From Bugula neritina (Eukaryota; Animalia; Bryozoa), in the NCBI GenBank assembly GCA_964035545.1, contig OZ037765.1, positions 22,195,504-22,259,503 of the forward strand: 64,000 bases of DNA, given 5' to 3'. The translations under genes and the position numbers were made by a program. The notes under the pieces were generated by a model. The model was not told the DNA's origin. It ran no database searches and worked only from the letters and a program-made list of their open reading frames with translations. Positions 1-15,223 of this stretch are shown here, piece after piece. Every line of letters begins with the position of its first letter. The first letter of the stretch is position 1.

Positions 1-3000
1 GTTCATGAATGTTGATATAATGCTAATTAATTAAAGCTACGTCATGGATGTTCCCATAAAATTTGATATGTAGTATAGTTAAATGAGCAGTATTATATTT
101 TGGAAGCAGCAGATATTATAGATCAAAAATAATTCCTCAATTAACTTCCAAAATGCTGATCAAGATTGGCATAGCTATGACAAATTTTAATATTTTCTAG
201 TACTGTAAAGATAATGGTAAAAGACAATAATTCTGCCTTCAATAGTAGTACGATGCAATCCTATATAAGGCATACGTTGTATTATCTTCTTGCTCTTGAA
301 AGCTTTCAATAAAAGAATTTTACAAAAAATAAAAAATTTATACATCTTAATTATTATTAAAACTTAACTACTTTTACGTCTCTGAGACTTACCTCTTAAC
401 TGAAGACTAATGTAAAGTATATAGGCTAGCACTAAGTTTTCCATATTGTTTCTCTGTAATAAGAAGAAAATGATTAGTAGCTGTTGCTACCAAAGTTATT
501 CAACTAGCAGCTGACCATACCTGGTGCTTTTGCACTGCAACACTATATATTACTCGGTAAAATTATTGTGCAGCAGAAGTAATCAAATTAACAAAAGAAA
601 ATTTCTCTGGTCATTGATGCTGATTAGTAACAGTTTCTACAAGTTATATGACTCTAGCCTGAGTATTAAATGCTATTATATTTACTAATATCATGTGTTC
701 AATACAGCATATATAATGTCATGCGTTGCTTAAAGGGTGAAGTTCGATACGCAATTTTCAATGAAGTATATAATTGGTGAAGCGTGCAATCTCATCAAGT
801 TGAGCTAAAGAAAGCAGTAAGCTTACAGTAGGCTGCTTTAAGGGCAATGACCCGTAACATTTTGTAAATATGTTTTCATGTTATCAATTAATTATATACC
901 TGCAATTGTACGGCAGGTGTGGCTAGCATATAACAAGTCTATAATTTTACCATTCTAATCCACTCATACAATTTATAATATATTTTAATATAATTGATAA
1001 ACAAGGTCGACTGCATTTTAGAAACATCAAGATATTCCTGGCTAATTACAAATAATCTGATATTCAATTGTTAGAAAATATGTTTACCAACTCAGAGCAT
1101 AGCTACAGGTTTCTCTTTTTGAAAATTATGTTTCTTAAAATTGTACCAAAGACTTTGTTGATAAAAGCCAAGCAACAAAGAAAACACAACTCCAGTAAAA
1201 GAAAATATTTTCCATTATTAACACACCGATGGTTCAAGGCAGCTGAAGCAGGCAAAATGTTGAAATTTATGTCAAACACAGTCTAAAGTTATATACTTGA
1301 ATTGGTTTCGGGTATATTATTGTTTTCTTGGATTCGATTTATTCGATTGGGTAGAGAATAAGCCTTGGAACAAGGATATTCAGATTGCAAATCGAACTCT
1401 TCCATGGCATATAACAGGTTGCAGACCTAATTTATATTAGCTAATCATGCAATGACTTGATTCTTCCATAGGTTTTCAGCTCGGTATATTTATGCTAAAT
1501 GGAGTTATCCATCCTTACTATCATGCAGAATAACAGAATACGTACAGAATTAAATCAAAAATTTCCCTCAAGACATAAGTGCTTTAAGCTTATGCCAGAA
1601 TAAATTCTTATACAATCAAGATCTTTTCTTTTAGACATAGCAACTTAAACCTTCAACTCTTCTACTTAAGTATCTGACTTTTAGATCTAATGATTTGCTT
1701 CGATTTTAATGGTCAGACAACTCTGTGGTTGCGATGATTAGAACTCCTTTATTTGGATTACCTGCAATATTTTTCAGAGTATTTTATGCTTATACAGAGC
1801 TGATTCGCTTTTAACGGCTATTAGATTTTATTGAATAAACAAACCCTTGCTTTCAAAACTTGTGTATTGTTGCTCCACAACAGCTGGCCTATGAAGCTTG
1901 GTTTGTTTATATTTAATTATATACAAAATAGTTAAGTGTCCCGTCTTCTTATAACATGTTATATTTGTGAAGCAATGTTACATGGCCATATTTTAGGTGT
2001 TTAGAAACTAAACAAATTTTGATGCCTATAAACTGCCCTTAATATTATATTTGCAGCTATATATATACTAACAACTATTATGCATGTACCAAATACATAC
2101 ATTAGTTGAAATACACATAGCAGTTTTCAATGATGGTCAACCTAATAGACATGAAAAAGGTTAAATCACATTTTTAATTCAAGATTTAAATTTTTGGAAA
2201 TGTCATAGAATATTCGTTACCAATGAAAGTTTTTGTAATAAAAATATAAATTGGCTTTAAATTTTCATATAAGCAAAAAGTTAAAATATCCTATAGTAAA
2301 TGAGAAAATACTTTAAAGTGTCTAAACCATAGTTTTTGCAAAACAAACATATAACATTATGTTCAATTTGACATACACATAGCTGAACAGAAAAATATTT
2401 ATAAGTAGTAACAGCAAAAAATAATATATCCATTGGTCAAATATTTTACTAAAAGCACTTTAAAGTTTTAGCTTATTCACTTGTTGGTAGATGCAAGCGC
2501 AAAGCTGACGTGTTTTTCTTAGAGATCAGAAGTGGCTAAAATTTTCTGAAGGTATCAGTTAGCTACAGCATGTTTCACTGTTTAAGTTAGTAGTCCATAG
2601 AATTACAAAAAGCCTAAATCTATTTACTTATTTTAGGCGAATATAATTAAACTAACTAACAACTGGTAAAATTTAAAGTTATGTGTTGAAGTTTAAAGCT
2701 GATTTATGGTTTGAAACTATTTTTAGTTTTCAAGGATGAAAACAACTTTTTATTTTTTTAAACTGTTTCAGGTTGTCTATAATCTAAATGGCTGTAGACT
2801 GTTAATAAAATTGCACATACATATAATTATGCATGATTGTACCTAATATACTCTATTATCTCTCTGGATGCAGTATAAAGTGTATACTTTAGCTGCTAAT
2901 CTATAAACATTGTTGTCTGATTGTGCTATGTTAAAAGACGTATTATATGGGGCTCAAAATAACATATGCATTACAAGGAGTTGTAGCTACTAAAAAAAGG

Positions 3001-6000
3001 GGGCAGAAAACTCCTGTTACCATATTCACTCGCATTGTCAAAATCAATGAACCGTAAAATGCTACTGCAGTTGAGGTTCAGGCACGCTGTGGAACAGTGA
3101 GATACTTTCAAGTGCTGAAAGTAGTAGGTACTTCGGTATGCTACATTTTACACTAACGAGGTAATTAAAAAGTAAATGTTGTGATATAAATGGCTATATT
3201 GTAATTGTAGTGCTATTTTTTCCTGTCTTCCTCTTCGGATATTACAAGCTGGTGCTGCCGTGAATATTATTACTTTATTGCACATTAAATTAATATTTGA
3301 TCTCTGATAACTTCCGAGTTGAGTCTCTACACAACAACCTTGGAGTCTACAGAGAGACCGAAAGATAAGGTAAGCCCGTCAGGCGTCATGCATCAGCCCT
3401 ATGGCAAAAACCAATACTATTGGCTATAATAATTGACAAATTGGTAAATCAATTTTACAATTTTGGAGCCAAACTAAAACTAAAACTGTGTCTTTTGAAA
3501 AAGCAAACTAAAGTACATTTTAATTGCCACCTCAGTTTAAGTACTTCAAATGTATCATTGCATAGTTGTAAGACTAAGCCTAATGGTTATTTTGATCTTC
3601 AAAGTTCAAAATATTGAAGTTAATTTGATGGCAATATCGATGAGAATTGAATCGACCTGATTGCACAAATTTGCCACCTACACACTACTCATTAGCTCTG
3701 TCTTGGTGCTTTGTTGACATCACCCATTAGTATTATTACCCAGAAAACTGTTGCCCAAATACCAAACTGTAAAATGTAAACTATAACCACAAACCCAAAA
3801 GAATAGTGAGATTTGGAGGAGATTAGCAACTCTGGTTTTCCATGTTATGATTATCTTCTTGTCAGTGAATGTCTAAATAAGCTATTCAACATGCTGATTT
3901 ATAATTTATATTGAAAGGAATTTTAATAAAGGACATTCCCATCTTCAGATTTTAGCCTAACACTGTAGTTTAAGTTTGCTATATCAGAAGATTTGCTCCA
4001 GCTGTAGGCTATAAGACCATCAACAGTTGCAAACTGATTTGAAAATGTTTATGTAACCAGTTGTAACGAACAGTAGGATAGAGATAAATTCACCTTGAGT
4101 TTCTATTCGAATTCTGTTCATTTCCCAACAACTTGAAGAAAAACTGACTTGGGAGTTAAGCTCACCCCCCCCCAAACTCCAAACCTCTAAAGTTTAAACC
4201 CAGACTATTGTCACTAAAACACATACTATTACCTACTATGTGATTGCTAAGTGGCTCTATACAGACTATTCACCTTTTCTGACTGCATGCCATGTTCACC
4301 AATAGCCCATGCTTATTTATCTAACAGTTTTAAAAACTTCAATAGTTTTTTTTCCAACTGTTAAATTTACGTTGTGGGGCACAGGCTATGGTTAGTGGGA
4401 GTTTATATACAATAACTGATGACTAAAGCATTGGTGACTTCAGACGTGATGCAGATTGCTATTGACTAATATAGTATTAATTACATCAGTAGCAAATCAT
4501 CACCACACTCTGACCTAAGCAGTGGGATGAGTAATAATGGATGGCTTTCAAAGGAACATGTAACATCTTAACTGATGAATTGGAAATAATAATGCATTGT
4601 AGGCTACTGTATAGATTCAATTTAGATTTTGAATTAATTCTATCTATTCATTTAGTTTTGATGATTGTACTAAAGTTAGAGTAAAATTCTGGGTGCATAT
4701 TTTTATCCTTTTTTGATTTTAGCTTCAATAATTATTAACACTTGTATAGTTATTGGAAGCTACAAAATTATAAATTGGCAGGATGTCTATTTAAATTACA
4801 CTGGCTGCCACTCGCCATGAAGTGCAAAATCCATTAGGTTGTGGTCAGATATAATAAGACCTTTATTTTATCATGTAGAGAGAAAATGGCGCTATCATCT
4901 GCAGAAGGTTAGAAAGTCAAGACTCTCCTATCAGCCTACTAGTTATAATATAACTGTTATAACATAACCCGGCTCTGTTTATTACATAAAATAGTTCCCT
5001 GCTAATTGCTTATTGATAATAGACCTTCAGTAATGCACTGAACAGATGCCGCTTGTGGAAATGAAGCTGTATATGGCAGCATTTAGTACTGCAGTAAATG
5101 CACTAGCTTGCACTTGTACTAGTTTTAGTAACGCTGTTTCACCCCTGTGGGTTGTCAATAACAACTTATGTAACCTCTCCTCGCTGTAGTCTTTCTCTTC
5201 TACCAGGAGTAAAGTTACTACTAGTGTAATAGTAGTCTAATCTTTAGGAGTACTTGGTTGACAGATGCCATAATAAAATGAGATTAGCATAATATTTTCA
5301 TTGTGGGTGTAAGTAATATTAGGGTTTTAGACAAATTACTAAACAAATGTATTATTTGTATTATTGTAGATAGATGTGACTGTAGTATTTGAAGCTATGG
5401 TTATTTAGAAATGTATTGTTAGCAGTATTCTATAGTGCTGTACTGTTGGCAAACAAATGGACTAGACAGTTTTGTCCAAAATTGATTTAATTCTTATATC
5501 TCAGATCAATGCACTGTTTCTACTGAATGCTAAAGATACATTAAAGAACAAATCAATTTTGCATTAGACTTATACTACATTGAAATTATGTTATTATAGT
5601 AATTTCATTGAAGTGAATATACCACAGCTGTGCAGAGTTTATTATATTGGCAGTTATTATCACCGCTTTTCCATGGAATTGAATGTATTTTTGGTTTTCC
5701 TTGGTGCAACTGTTTCCATGAAGAGAATGAAAAATCCATTCGAATTATTCGAATCGTGGAAACGTAGTGTATAACTGGTAAAGATTCTGGTGTGAGAGGG
5801 TCTGATGATAAAACCTAAACCAATGTTGATGGATTCTTATTTGTCATTGTGATTGAACCACTATAGCTAGAAAGACATAGTTATACATGTTGAGAATCTA
5901 TTACAGGAGTTACTGTGAAGTCTGAACTCTGTCTTGTATTTGCCCGAGAGCAAGTCTACTGAAATTAGTGAATAATGAGACTAATTTTAAAGTAAGTCCA

Positions 6001-7552
6001 TTAGTACTGGGTGTAATTGCATTTTACCTGCATATGTAATTATATAGTGAAAATTGAGCTGTCAATATTAGTATCTTGCTGTTTCGGGCCATTGACAATT
6101 TTACTCAATAACTTTCATCAATTTGAATTCTATGGGTTGTCTAAAAACTGTCAATTTTGAACATAATTCAAAACATTAAATGCCAGGTGTGGAAGGCTGC
6201 AATTATAGAACACTACATCAAGTAAATTGTGAATTTATAATTTGAATAGCTGAGTTGGGCAGAGACCTTAGTGTCGTGTAACTGCTTGTCATGCTGCATT
6301 TGATTTCTATAATACTCTGATGTTATCAGCTTGTTTTCATAAAGTAAGGCAGACATTCCTGAATGAATGAAATACAGGATGAGGATAGTGAAGTAATGGC
6401 AGTCTGTTATTATATATGAAATATACTGATAGGCTACTGGAAACCTTTGTGCTCCTAGGAAATTGTTGTGATAGATTATTTCCCCTAGTTCTATTGCAGG
6501 TTGCTTATATTCATAGCAGTAGAGAAGTACAGTGGTTTGTTATTATTGTTTATTAAAACTTGGGTAAAATCAAGGCCGTAAGCATTCTATAATATTGCCA
6601 AAAGCAAAAAAGTCAACTGCATTTCAAAAACAAGCTTTTTAATTTTCTTCATTGGTTATAGTTTGAGAGCCAAATTGTTATTCCATAGAATACCCTTTTT
6701 TACAAACGAAGCCTCAACCGCCTCTAAAATTGTTGACATTATGATTCTGATGTGTTGTGAGCTTGAAAATGCTAGCGATAACTTTCAGACTATGTATACA
6801 GTAGAACGAATAGAATTTTAAGGTTAATCCAAATTTGATCACTGATTACAATACACGAACCAATTAAACTATATAAATAGTCCAAACTTCTGGTTTAAGC
6901 TGTGTTAACGCTAAGCAAAGATAAGATAGGCACTGGAGTAACAGATTTGAAACTTGTTTGGATCTGCCTAAACAGTCATCACCCATGACTACCACTGTCT
7001 AAACAAAATATTTGGATCAGTAACTGGAAATGATAATTGCATGAGTCAACTATTCTTAAGTGAGGAAAATATGGGTGATTGGCTAACAGATATTCTAGTT
7101 AGCCAAGGACTTGAAATTCAGTTATAGTTATTTTGTTGATATCATTTTATTATATGGGAAATGTTAGTGGTAAGTATAAATAAAGGAGACAGTTTTGAAA
7201 AAAAATTGAAGTCTTTGTATTTTAAATTTTTTGATGCATTGGTATTTGAAAGAAGTAGGTCTCCTGCACCTAAACAGCACCATCTTAGTTACTGCATGCT
7301 GGTTAGCAGTTTCTAGTCCAATACAGTTACTAGGCATGATGATATACTTTTGATGGTATCATGAACATACATTGGTTAATGGTTTTGTTACTGTAGATGT
7401 AATATATTACTCTTTGAGGAATATAATATTGTATTGATTGTAGATAGATTTCAACTGATACAGTGTACTGACTGTATATAACATGTACATGTATGCTGAT
7501 ATTATATTCTGTAGGTGGATGATTCTTCGCCCAAAGAATTAAACTATTAAAT

Positions 7553-10500
7553 ATGGCTGCAAGTAACACTTGTTGTTCCATCTCAGTGAGTAACATAGCC
7601 TTGGTGTCAGCTAGATGCTCTGGTTTTGCTAAAGTCAAAGGGCAGAATGATTATGCCTTTGTCATTGACCTTGAGTGGTCAGATGATCGGCACATGTCAA
7701 TTAAACGGACCTTCACAGATTTTCACAACTTTCATACAAATCTTGTCAAGCTCTTTCCAGAGTTGAAGCGTACCATCAAATCTAAGCTACGACTTCAAAC
7801 AAGTGAGTTTTTGTTTTTTCTGCTAAAACTTTTTTATTTTGCATTGCATTCAACAAGAATGGCAGTATTTCCACTAAATCCCAGCTCCTAAACTAAACCT
7901 AGTTTGTCTCTACCATGTTGGCTTTTGTGTGTTTGCAAGCTAAAAAGTTAGCAACTAGTTTGAATTTCAGGTTTTATAAAGCCCCACACATGGGCTGGTT
8001 GCTAGCACACTGGTCTATTTGTTGCCTGGGTAAAAAAATGTCACTTGCTGCATACGCTGTATTATGCTAGTTCAACCTAAAGCTGAGCTACTATTTTGTG
8101 GAAGTGCATAGCAACAGCTGTTGTAGCTGGCATATCTTGGTTCAAATTAGAGTTACTTTGTAAGACACAGCTTAGTCCTAGCCCTGTACTGTACAGTGTT
8201 CAACAGCCAACCACTGTGGTAACTTTCTGTCTCAACGAATTTAGATCTTGCTATCCTACATAAATATTTATACAATGCCAACATAAACTTCAACTTGCTG
8301 ATGGAACTTAATGGTAATCACATTAACCTTTCATGTTGCTGCCTGTGCTGTTGCTTTCTCATCAACAACACTCTCAGTGAATCTATTCACGTGATGTATT
8401 CTCGCACCTGGCAGTGGCTATGTAATATTAGTACTTTTCTGTTGCCTATATAGGTAGGTTCAGGGGTGATATTTTAGTCATTCTACCAGCATTGTATAAA
8501 TCTTTAAACAAAATCACGCTCTACTGTTATTATGTAAGGGGAGATAATATGAAAAGTTTTCTTATCGTTCAGGACAACCTAGTGGTCCGCTAAAGATATT
8601 AACATGCCTGTTGTAGATCTCTATTTAGTGTATATTGCGCAATATTAGCCTGAGATCTGCATTCACTAATTTTCTATTGAGTTGTTTATGGCTCCCATGC
8701 TATTTATTCATTCGAAAGTTCAAAATAGCATTCCAGTGAAAGTATGCTCAAAAATGAAGGGTTGAGTGGGTGTGACTTGGTGTAAACTTTAGAGCTACTT
8801 CTCAGTTCTTGTAGTTGAAAATGTTGTTTAGTTTAAATGACGTCAACGTACCAGTTGAATTATCAAATGAGTTTTATAGATTGTGCAGTTACATTAAAAG
8901 GAACACAAGTTTCTACAAATACATTTATTTCTTGTAGTATGTTTACAGAATATAGATTTATGACAATTTAAAAACCCCAATTCCTTCTTGACAAATAATG
9001 GTTGTTGATTTGTGATCATTTAGCTGAGAATAAATTCTCAGAGTGGATGGATGGTAATTATTAATATTTCAAGTAGATGTGCAATTTTCATTCAGGATCA
9101 CTATATGTATGATAGCATAATATCTTCACAATCTCTGGAGCAAGAACACCTCAGCAACAGCTATGACTGTTAATTTATGTGACTGTGTGAAGTAATTAAC
9201 AGAATTAGTATACAGGCCAAGTAGTACTTATGACTCTAATTTCCTTCACCACAGCTGGTTGAAGCTTGTCCAACCGTTCACTTTGATAAGTCAACACAAA
9301 TGGAAAACCTCGCCATGACTGCCTTTGTCTGAAATAAATTAAATTACTCTTGTTTGGCAATTACTCCATGTTGTTGGGAGATAAATTACATTTATAGCTC
9401 TCAAAAATGATTTCTGCTAGCTATCCATTTTTATTTTATCCTTTTTCAAAGTACTTACAGATTTAAATGCTGGCTCTAGTACACAAACCATTTAAGTCTT
9501 AATATTTGTTTATAATAAATAAAAGACAAACAAATAAAATGCTAGTCTGAGTAACATTCCGCACATATTTTCAGCTCTCCGGGACAACATGACAAATCTG
9601 TTTGCAAAGGATAAGAGAGGTTTGGCAGAATCTCGGGAGCAGATGATTGATTTCTACCTGGTGAACCTCCTGAAGCAACCTGAACGGGTAAGACTGATAG
9701 ATATCTCTGATTAGTAGGCGAACACACTTTAAATGGAGTCATCCTGACCTTTGATAGGTGAAAGGTCGTGTGATTATCTTTTAAAAAGCATTGTTTGAAT
9801 ATTCAGCTGCATAATGTTATCCACTAATTTATATTTTAAAATCCTGTAGAATATTTCATTTGATATCCAACACTAAGATTAATCAACTCATGGCTAGTTT
9901 TTAAGAGCTTTCCTAGTAGATGGTGCTCTTTAGCTGGCTGGTTTCAAGGGTTATGGAAGTAAATCGAGAAGTTAATTTTTCTCTGTATTCTAGGACTAAA
10001 TAATAAATTGTAAAATATGAATCATGATTTTGAAATTATCTCAGTTACGGAGTTTTAATGGCTTACGTTCAGTTCAAAGCTTCTATCTGTTGAAAATATT
10101 AGAATTGTGCTTCTATTGGTGATAGTCTGTAGGATTTTTAAATACATTAGCCTTATTTTTTAGCACATTGATGTAGAGAGAACCCTGGATGTTGTATTAT
10201 TTATTACTTTCAGTTTATATAATTAGCCTAGTGTGTATGTAATGCAGCTCTAAATAAAATACATGCTGCTAAGCAGTTGATCATTGGTCGAAGGTTGAAG
10301 TAATCGTTGGTTGATTATGTAACTTGATTATGTAAGTCATTATTTATGACTTTTCATCTGCATCATCTGTGCACTACTGTGCTACTTTCCAAGCTGCGCA
10401 TCAAATGGACATTTCCCTTCTAATGAACCTTCCAGTGGATTTCATTTTCATTCAATAGAACTTTTCTCAAACATCAATGAAAAATCCATTCGCATGCATA

Positions 10501-11393
10501 ATCCAAAGTATCAACGTAGTGCATGTAACACTTTTCATCAATTGACATAAATAGATCGGATTGTTTTTTCCATTATATTAAATTTTTATATATAGGCTAT
10601 AGCATGGTACAGTAAAACACTGTCAACACTAATTTTATGCAAATTGTGTCATGCAAATAAATAAATAAATAAATGATGGAATAAAGTCTATTTTTGATCC
10701 ATAGGTCTTATAATATGTTATTATTTCTACTTCCAGATCCGAGCTTCCAACACAGTTCTCTCGTTTTTTGAGCCCACCGAGTCAGATCCAAAACCCTGTA
10801 AATCTAGTTCTCCTGACACTAAAAGTGACTCCGGCATTGATCTGACAAATGACCGAGTAGCTAAAACAATCAGTGACATGACCACATCGACTGGCAGCGA
10901 TGACAGACAGTCATCAAGGTCGTACAGAGGGGAGTATGACACTGATGACGACTACGAGGGGGATACCAGTGGCACGGAGACGGACAGTGACCCTTTTGAT
11001 GAGGACTACTTCCTCGATGTCGGCATCAGTGAACTTATGCTACAATCTACAGAAAACTTGGATTTATCTAACTCTGAATCTTCCACTTGGTGCTCAAATA
11101 CAAATAAGTTTTCTAATATACTAAATACTCTGCCCAATGCCGAGAGTGCTGCCTCTAGACAATATATAGCCTTGGGTATGCTAGATGATGACGATAACTA
11201 CGAGGATATAACTAAAAGTATACTGGATCTATCAGAGTTGAGGGAAAACTCCGACACTGAAAGTCAAATGGTAGGCGTGGAACATTTATCAGACGATGGC
11301 CTTGAGTCGGACGATGAGTTTTCTTATAAACCAGTAGCTCAAACGGACATGAATCATTACTATCTATCAACTAAACATGATGCTGCCGAATAA
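7553..11393 (+). CDS. PX (phox homology) domain protein, p47phox/SH3PXD2/PXDC1-like PX, with long acidic C-terminal tail; 3 coding exons, ~339 aa
   Basis: Exons 7553-7802, 9575-9687, 10737-11393 join in frame (phase 1, 0) with GT-AG ends. Translation YAFVIDLEWSDDRHMSIKRTFTDFHNFHTNLVKLFPE...LAESREQMIDFYLVNLLKQPERIRASNTVLSFFEPTESD follows the PX fold pattern (WSD, LFP, V..FF). An acceptor at 7514 precedes the ATG. Confidence 0.8.
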
Positions 11394-14300
11394 TGGGTAT
11401 AGCCAATGGCCTTTGGCAGCAGGGGGGGGTGATATTTATTAACCATAACTTATTATGTTATCTTTAGCTTGGTAATCTATGATAATTATTCAGCTCTGGA
11501 ATAATATTATCTGTCTTACTAAGGATATCAGTATGTAGTAGCTGTATCTCATCTGAAGGTCCATATCACAACCATCTGGCTACTAGTATGTGCTATTATA
11601 GTATATATCTCCATCTACAATTTCTGACATAAATTACATTCTTATTAGGTGATTAGTTGGATCAATATCAAAATGATTGATTGATAGGTTTGGTAGGGAA
11701 AATACAATATAAGTTGCAGGCAACATCAACTACAACTTAGTTGAATATATGGTGTACTGTGCACATTAAATTTGGGTGTTATTATTTTGTTATTTATTAT
11801 AGTCTTACAGCTATAGCCGCTCAACTACATTGCCATAAATATTAGCTACTAGATACTAGCCCTGCTTAGTTGAACTTTGGTTACAAAAATATTATTATAT
11901 TTTGTTGATTTTTATACTAATATTTTTAATAACATTAGGCAAAATATATTTTTTTACCATAGTATCCCATGCATTTTTTGTTTAACTTTTGAGTGCAGAA
12001 GTGTTGTTTTTTGCTTAGCTTGGGGTTATAATGTTTTGGGTTGTGAAGGAGATTGCCTTATTTCATAGTGAGATAGGTTTTCATGCTACAAAGTTCCACT
12101 AGAACTAGTATACTATTTAAACACAATTCTCTACAAGATAAAAAATAATACTCATCTAAAATTAAATAACTCCTTTTTGTATACCAAAATAACCTAAAAT
12201 AGCATGAAAAAGGAACCTGTTGTTGCTACATAAACAAACACACTTAGTAGGAATAGAAGTGTAGGTTAGTTGTAGTGATAGCTGTGGTAGAAGTTGTGGC
12301 AATAAATTTAAGTAATGATCTGTAATGAACTGATGCAAGCCTAGAGAATGATTCGATGCCATAAGAAATCAAAAGCTTTACATGTAGGCTACTGTGTTTC
12401 ACACCAATACTAGAAATCTAAGGGTACTTATAATAACTAGCTAATCACTGATATGTTTTGACATCTAAAAGTTTAGCAGATGTTGTCAGCTACCTTACAG
12501 CTGTATATCAGCTCTGTCATTTCACAGACTAATAGTTTTCATGCTGCAAATATCTGAGATATATAAAAATTACTATAAATAGTATTAATGTAGGCAATTT
12601 GTGTTCTGAATCATTCCAATGTCATAGTAGACTAAAAGAATAATAATCAAATTGATTCATAGTGAAACTGTCAAAACTAATTTTGCAAAGTTGGATGGAT
12701 TTTTCTTTCAACTATCAACATCCAAAAGTTGTTAGGAACTGCCTTTTTGTGTAGTTATTTATATTGAATTTAGTTCTCTTTGTTGAGTCAAATTGAACAT
12801 GAAAGTTTAGAAAAGCTATGAAATAGGTATTGTACAGCTTCTAGAATCTCAGAATACCTCCAAAAAAAAAAACGTGAGCCAGGCAATGCTGATGACAGAT
12901 AAATTAGTAAACCACAGATCAAAGTATGCATGCATATCATCTATTGGTATACAACTGAATAATATGCCAGCCGTGTTACAGTAATATACTTTTACTGCAC
13001 GACTTGGAATGATGTGTAACCAGCTATAAAGTAGTTGAGTTGTAAGTAACTAGTGGAGAACTCTGTTGGTACTGTTAAAGAGATGGCGATGAGCTATCTG
13101 TAGTCATTTGCCACGTCAAAGTCTCCTTTTACTACATTATGGCTATGCTATTGTATATTATGATAGAATAGAGTTTGATTTCCACATGAAAGCATATATT
13201 AGTTTTACATGCTTACAATGTTGCATAAGGTTAGTTTATGGTAGTGGATTTTGAAGCATACAGTTCAGGTAAATAAAAAATTTGTGGAAATGATGAGAAC
13301 ATGGATGACAAGCTGATGGAATAGAAATGTTAAAGCTAGGAAGCCATGCGATGAAGTGGCGAAATAATAGAATCAATAATATTATTTTATTCTTCTATGG
13401 CCTAATGTTCATCACGCTCAGCTGATTGATATAATACTAAAGGAAATGTAAAGAGATCTTCTGCAATTTGATTAACTCAAACAACTATGATAGAGCTAAA
13501 GCTTGTACTGTATAGCCAGATTCAGCTTTACGCACCGTTGCCACTAGAGATGTGTGTGTATTGTTAGCATCTATAACTAACTTTGCTTTCTCTAACAGCT
13601 ACATAGTTAAGAGATTTCTTATTGCTGTTTAAAATAATCACATGATTATATTGTTGCCTCAGATCTGTAAACATTGTGAAATAAATAGGATATCAAAGGT
13701 CAATCATAGTTTTTAAACATAATTATACTTGTGTAGTTAGGTGTTGCTCTTCCCTGGCTCAATGTGCTTTTGTGGTGTTATGATGGATTTCCAAGTTGGC
13801 GAAAGTTGCTGGGGCCAGATTTTAAGAGATCATTACATTGTAAGGCTGAAAATCTTGCATTCCAAATTGAAAGGGTGGTACAAAAGAATATTTTCTGTAA
13901 AAAATAGCTAATTTGGAGCATTTTTCTTCAAATTTCTTTAGATTACCTAAAAATTCATACTGAATTAAGTAGACGGAAGCTATAACTATTATAACATGAA
14001 GTAAGTATAACACTAGGTTGTTGAGCATAATAAATGACTAAAACTTAAATTAAGCATTCTAGCCTTCATCTGAGGAAAGCCAGCTTTAGTTTAGGAAGTT
14101 TACACTATAAATGTCTTCAATTTATTTTATCCTGGGTATACGGCAAGGCACTGCAATACTAACTGTGATTTAGGTCTGTGTTCTATGAAAAAGTTATAGT
14201 AAAAGAAATTGTCTGCTCACAAAGTAAAACACTGAAGAATTGAAGCCACATTTTAAATAAAATATTAGGAGCCTAGGCTTAAGAAAAGTAGCATCTTCAC

Positions 14301-15223
14301 CCACAAGTAATAATAGCCTATTTCCAGCAACTATAGCTCACAGGCTATGTTTGGCAGAGAACTCTTCAACTGCTGATCAAATATTTAAAGTGATTGATTG
14401 TTCAGTGCAGAACTGCATGGTATGAGAGTAATTTGCCAGGAAATTTAAATGTCAGATGCTTTGCATCACCAGAAGTACTTGTCTATAATGTCAGATACAT
14501 TCCACTTACATACAGATACTTTCTACTGTTCAGTAATCAGTACTCACTTACATATGCATGCCTATATCAACAGCTGACTGTACGTAAAGTTTAATTATGA
14601 CATAACATTTTTGGGTGTATTGCACTGGTGATAATTGTGTAAGAGTTGTTGTTTAATTGATTTTTGAGCATGCCAAGTTATACCCTGAATAATATTCACT
14701 ATACCCATAGATATGGCTGTTAGAATTATTAAATGCACAAATATTACGGTTGTAGTAGCATGGTTGATGCAAAACCTATAAGAAAACTGTTTAAGTGCAA
14801 CAAATGTTTTTTTTGTTATATAAGAAATGATTATTCACTATTAAACAGAAATCTTACAAATATATTATAATATGTTGTTATGCTCTGCATACAAAATTGC
14901 AACATTGCAAATTTAAAACTTTTGATACCTAAAGATTGGTCAGATCAAAATTTACAGTTTTACTTAACATTGAGGTACCAGTCAGCTTTTTCAGCGAAAA
15001 TAAAAATCTAAATTTATTTTGTAAAAAAACTGTAAATAAAGCAATGTAGGATTTTATATAATAAACTTACTATATCTCTTCAAAATATAATACACTACCA
15101 CTCAAGAAGCAATATTTTTGGACGGATTATCATTTAAAAACAAAAAAGTTATGACAGCCTGATTAGTTTTCCCTATCTAATTACAAGAGTTTCATAATCC
15201 AGTATGAACATCGAGGAGCAGAG

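Noticed and set aside
1289-1426. Possible minus-strand terminal exon VCNLLYAMEEFDLQSEYP...
   Set aside because: No compatible upstream exons or recognisable family found.
3200-3369. Candidate first non-coding exon of the PX gene (aag|gtaagc)
   Set aside because: Supported only by one donor-like site 4 kb upstream.
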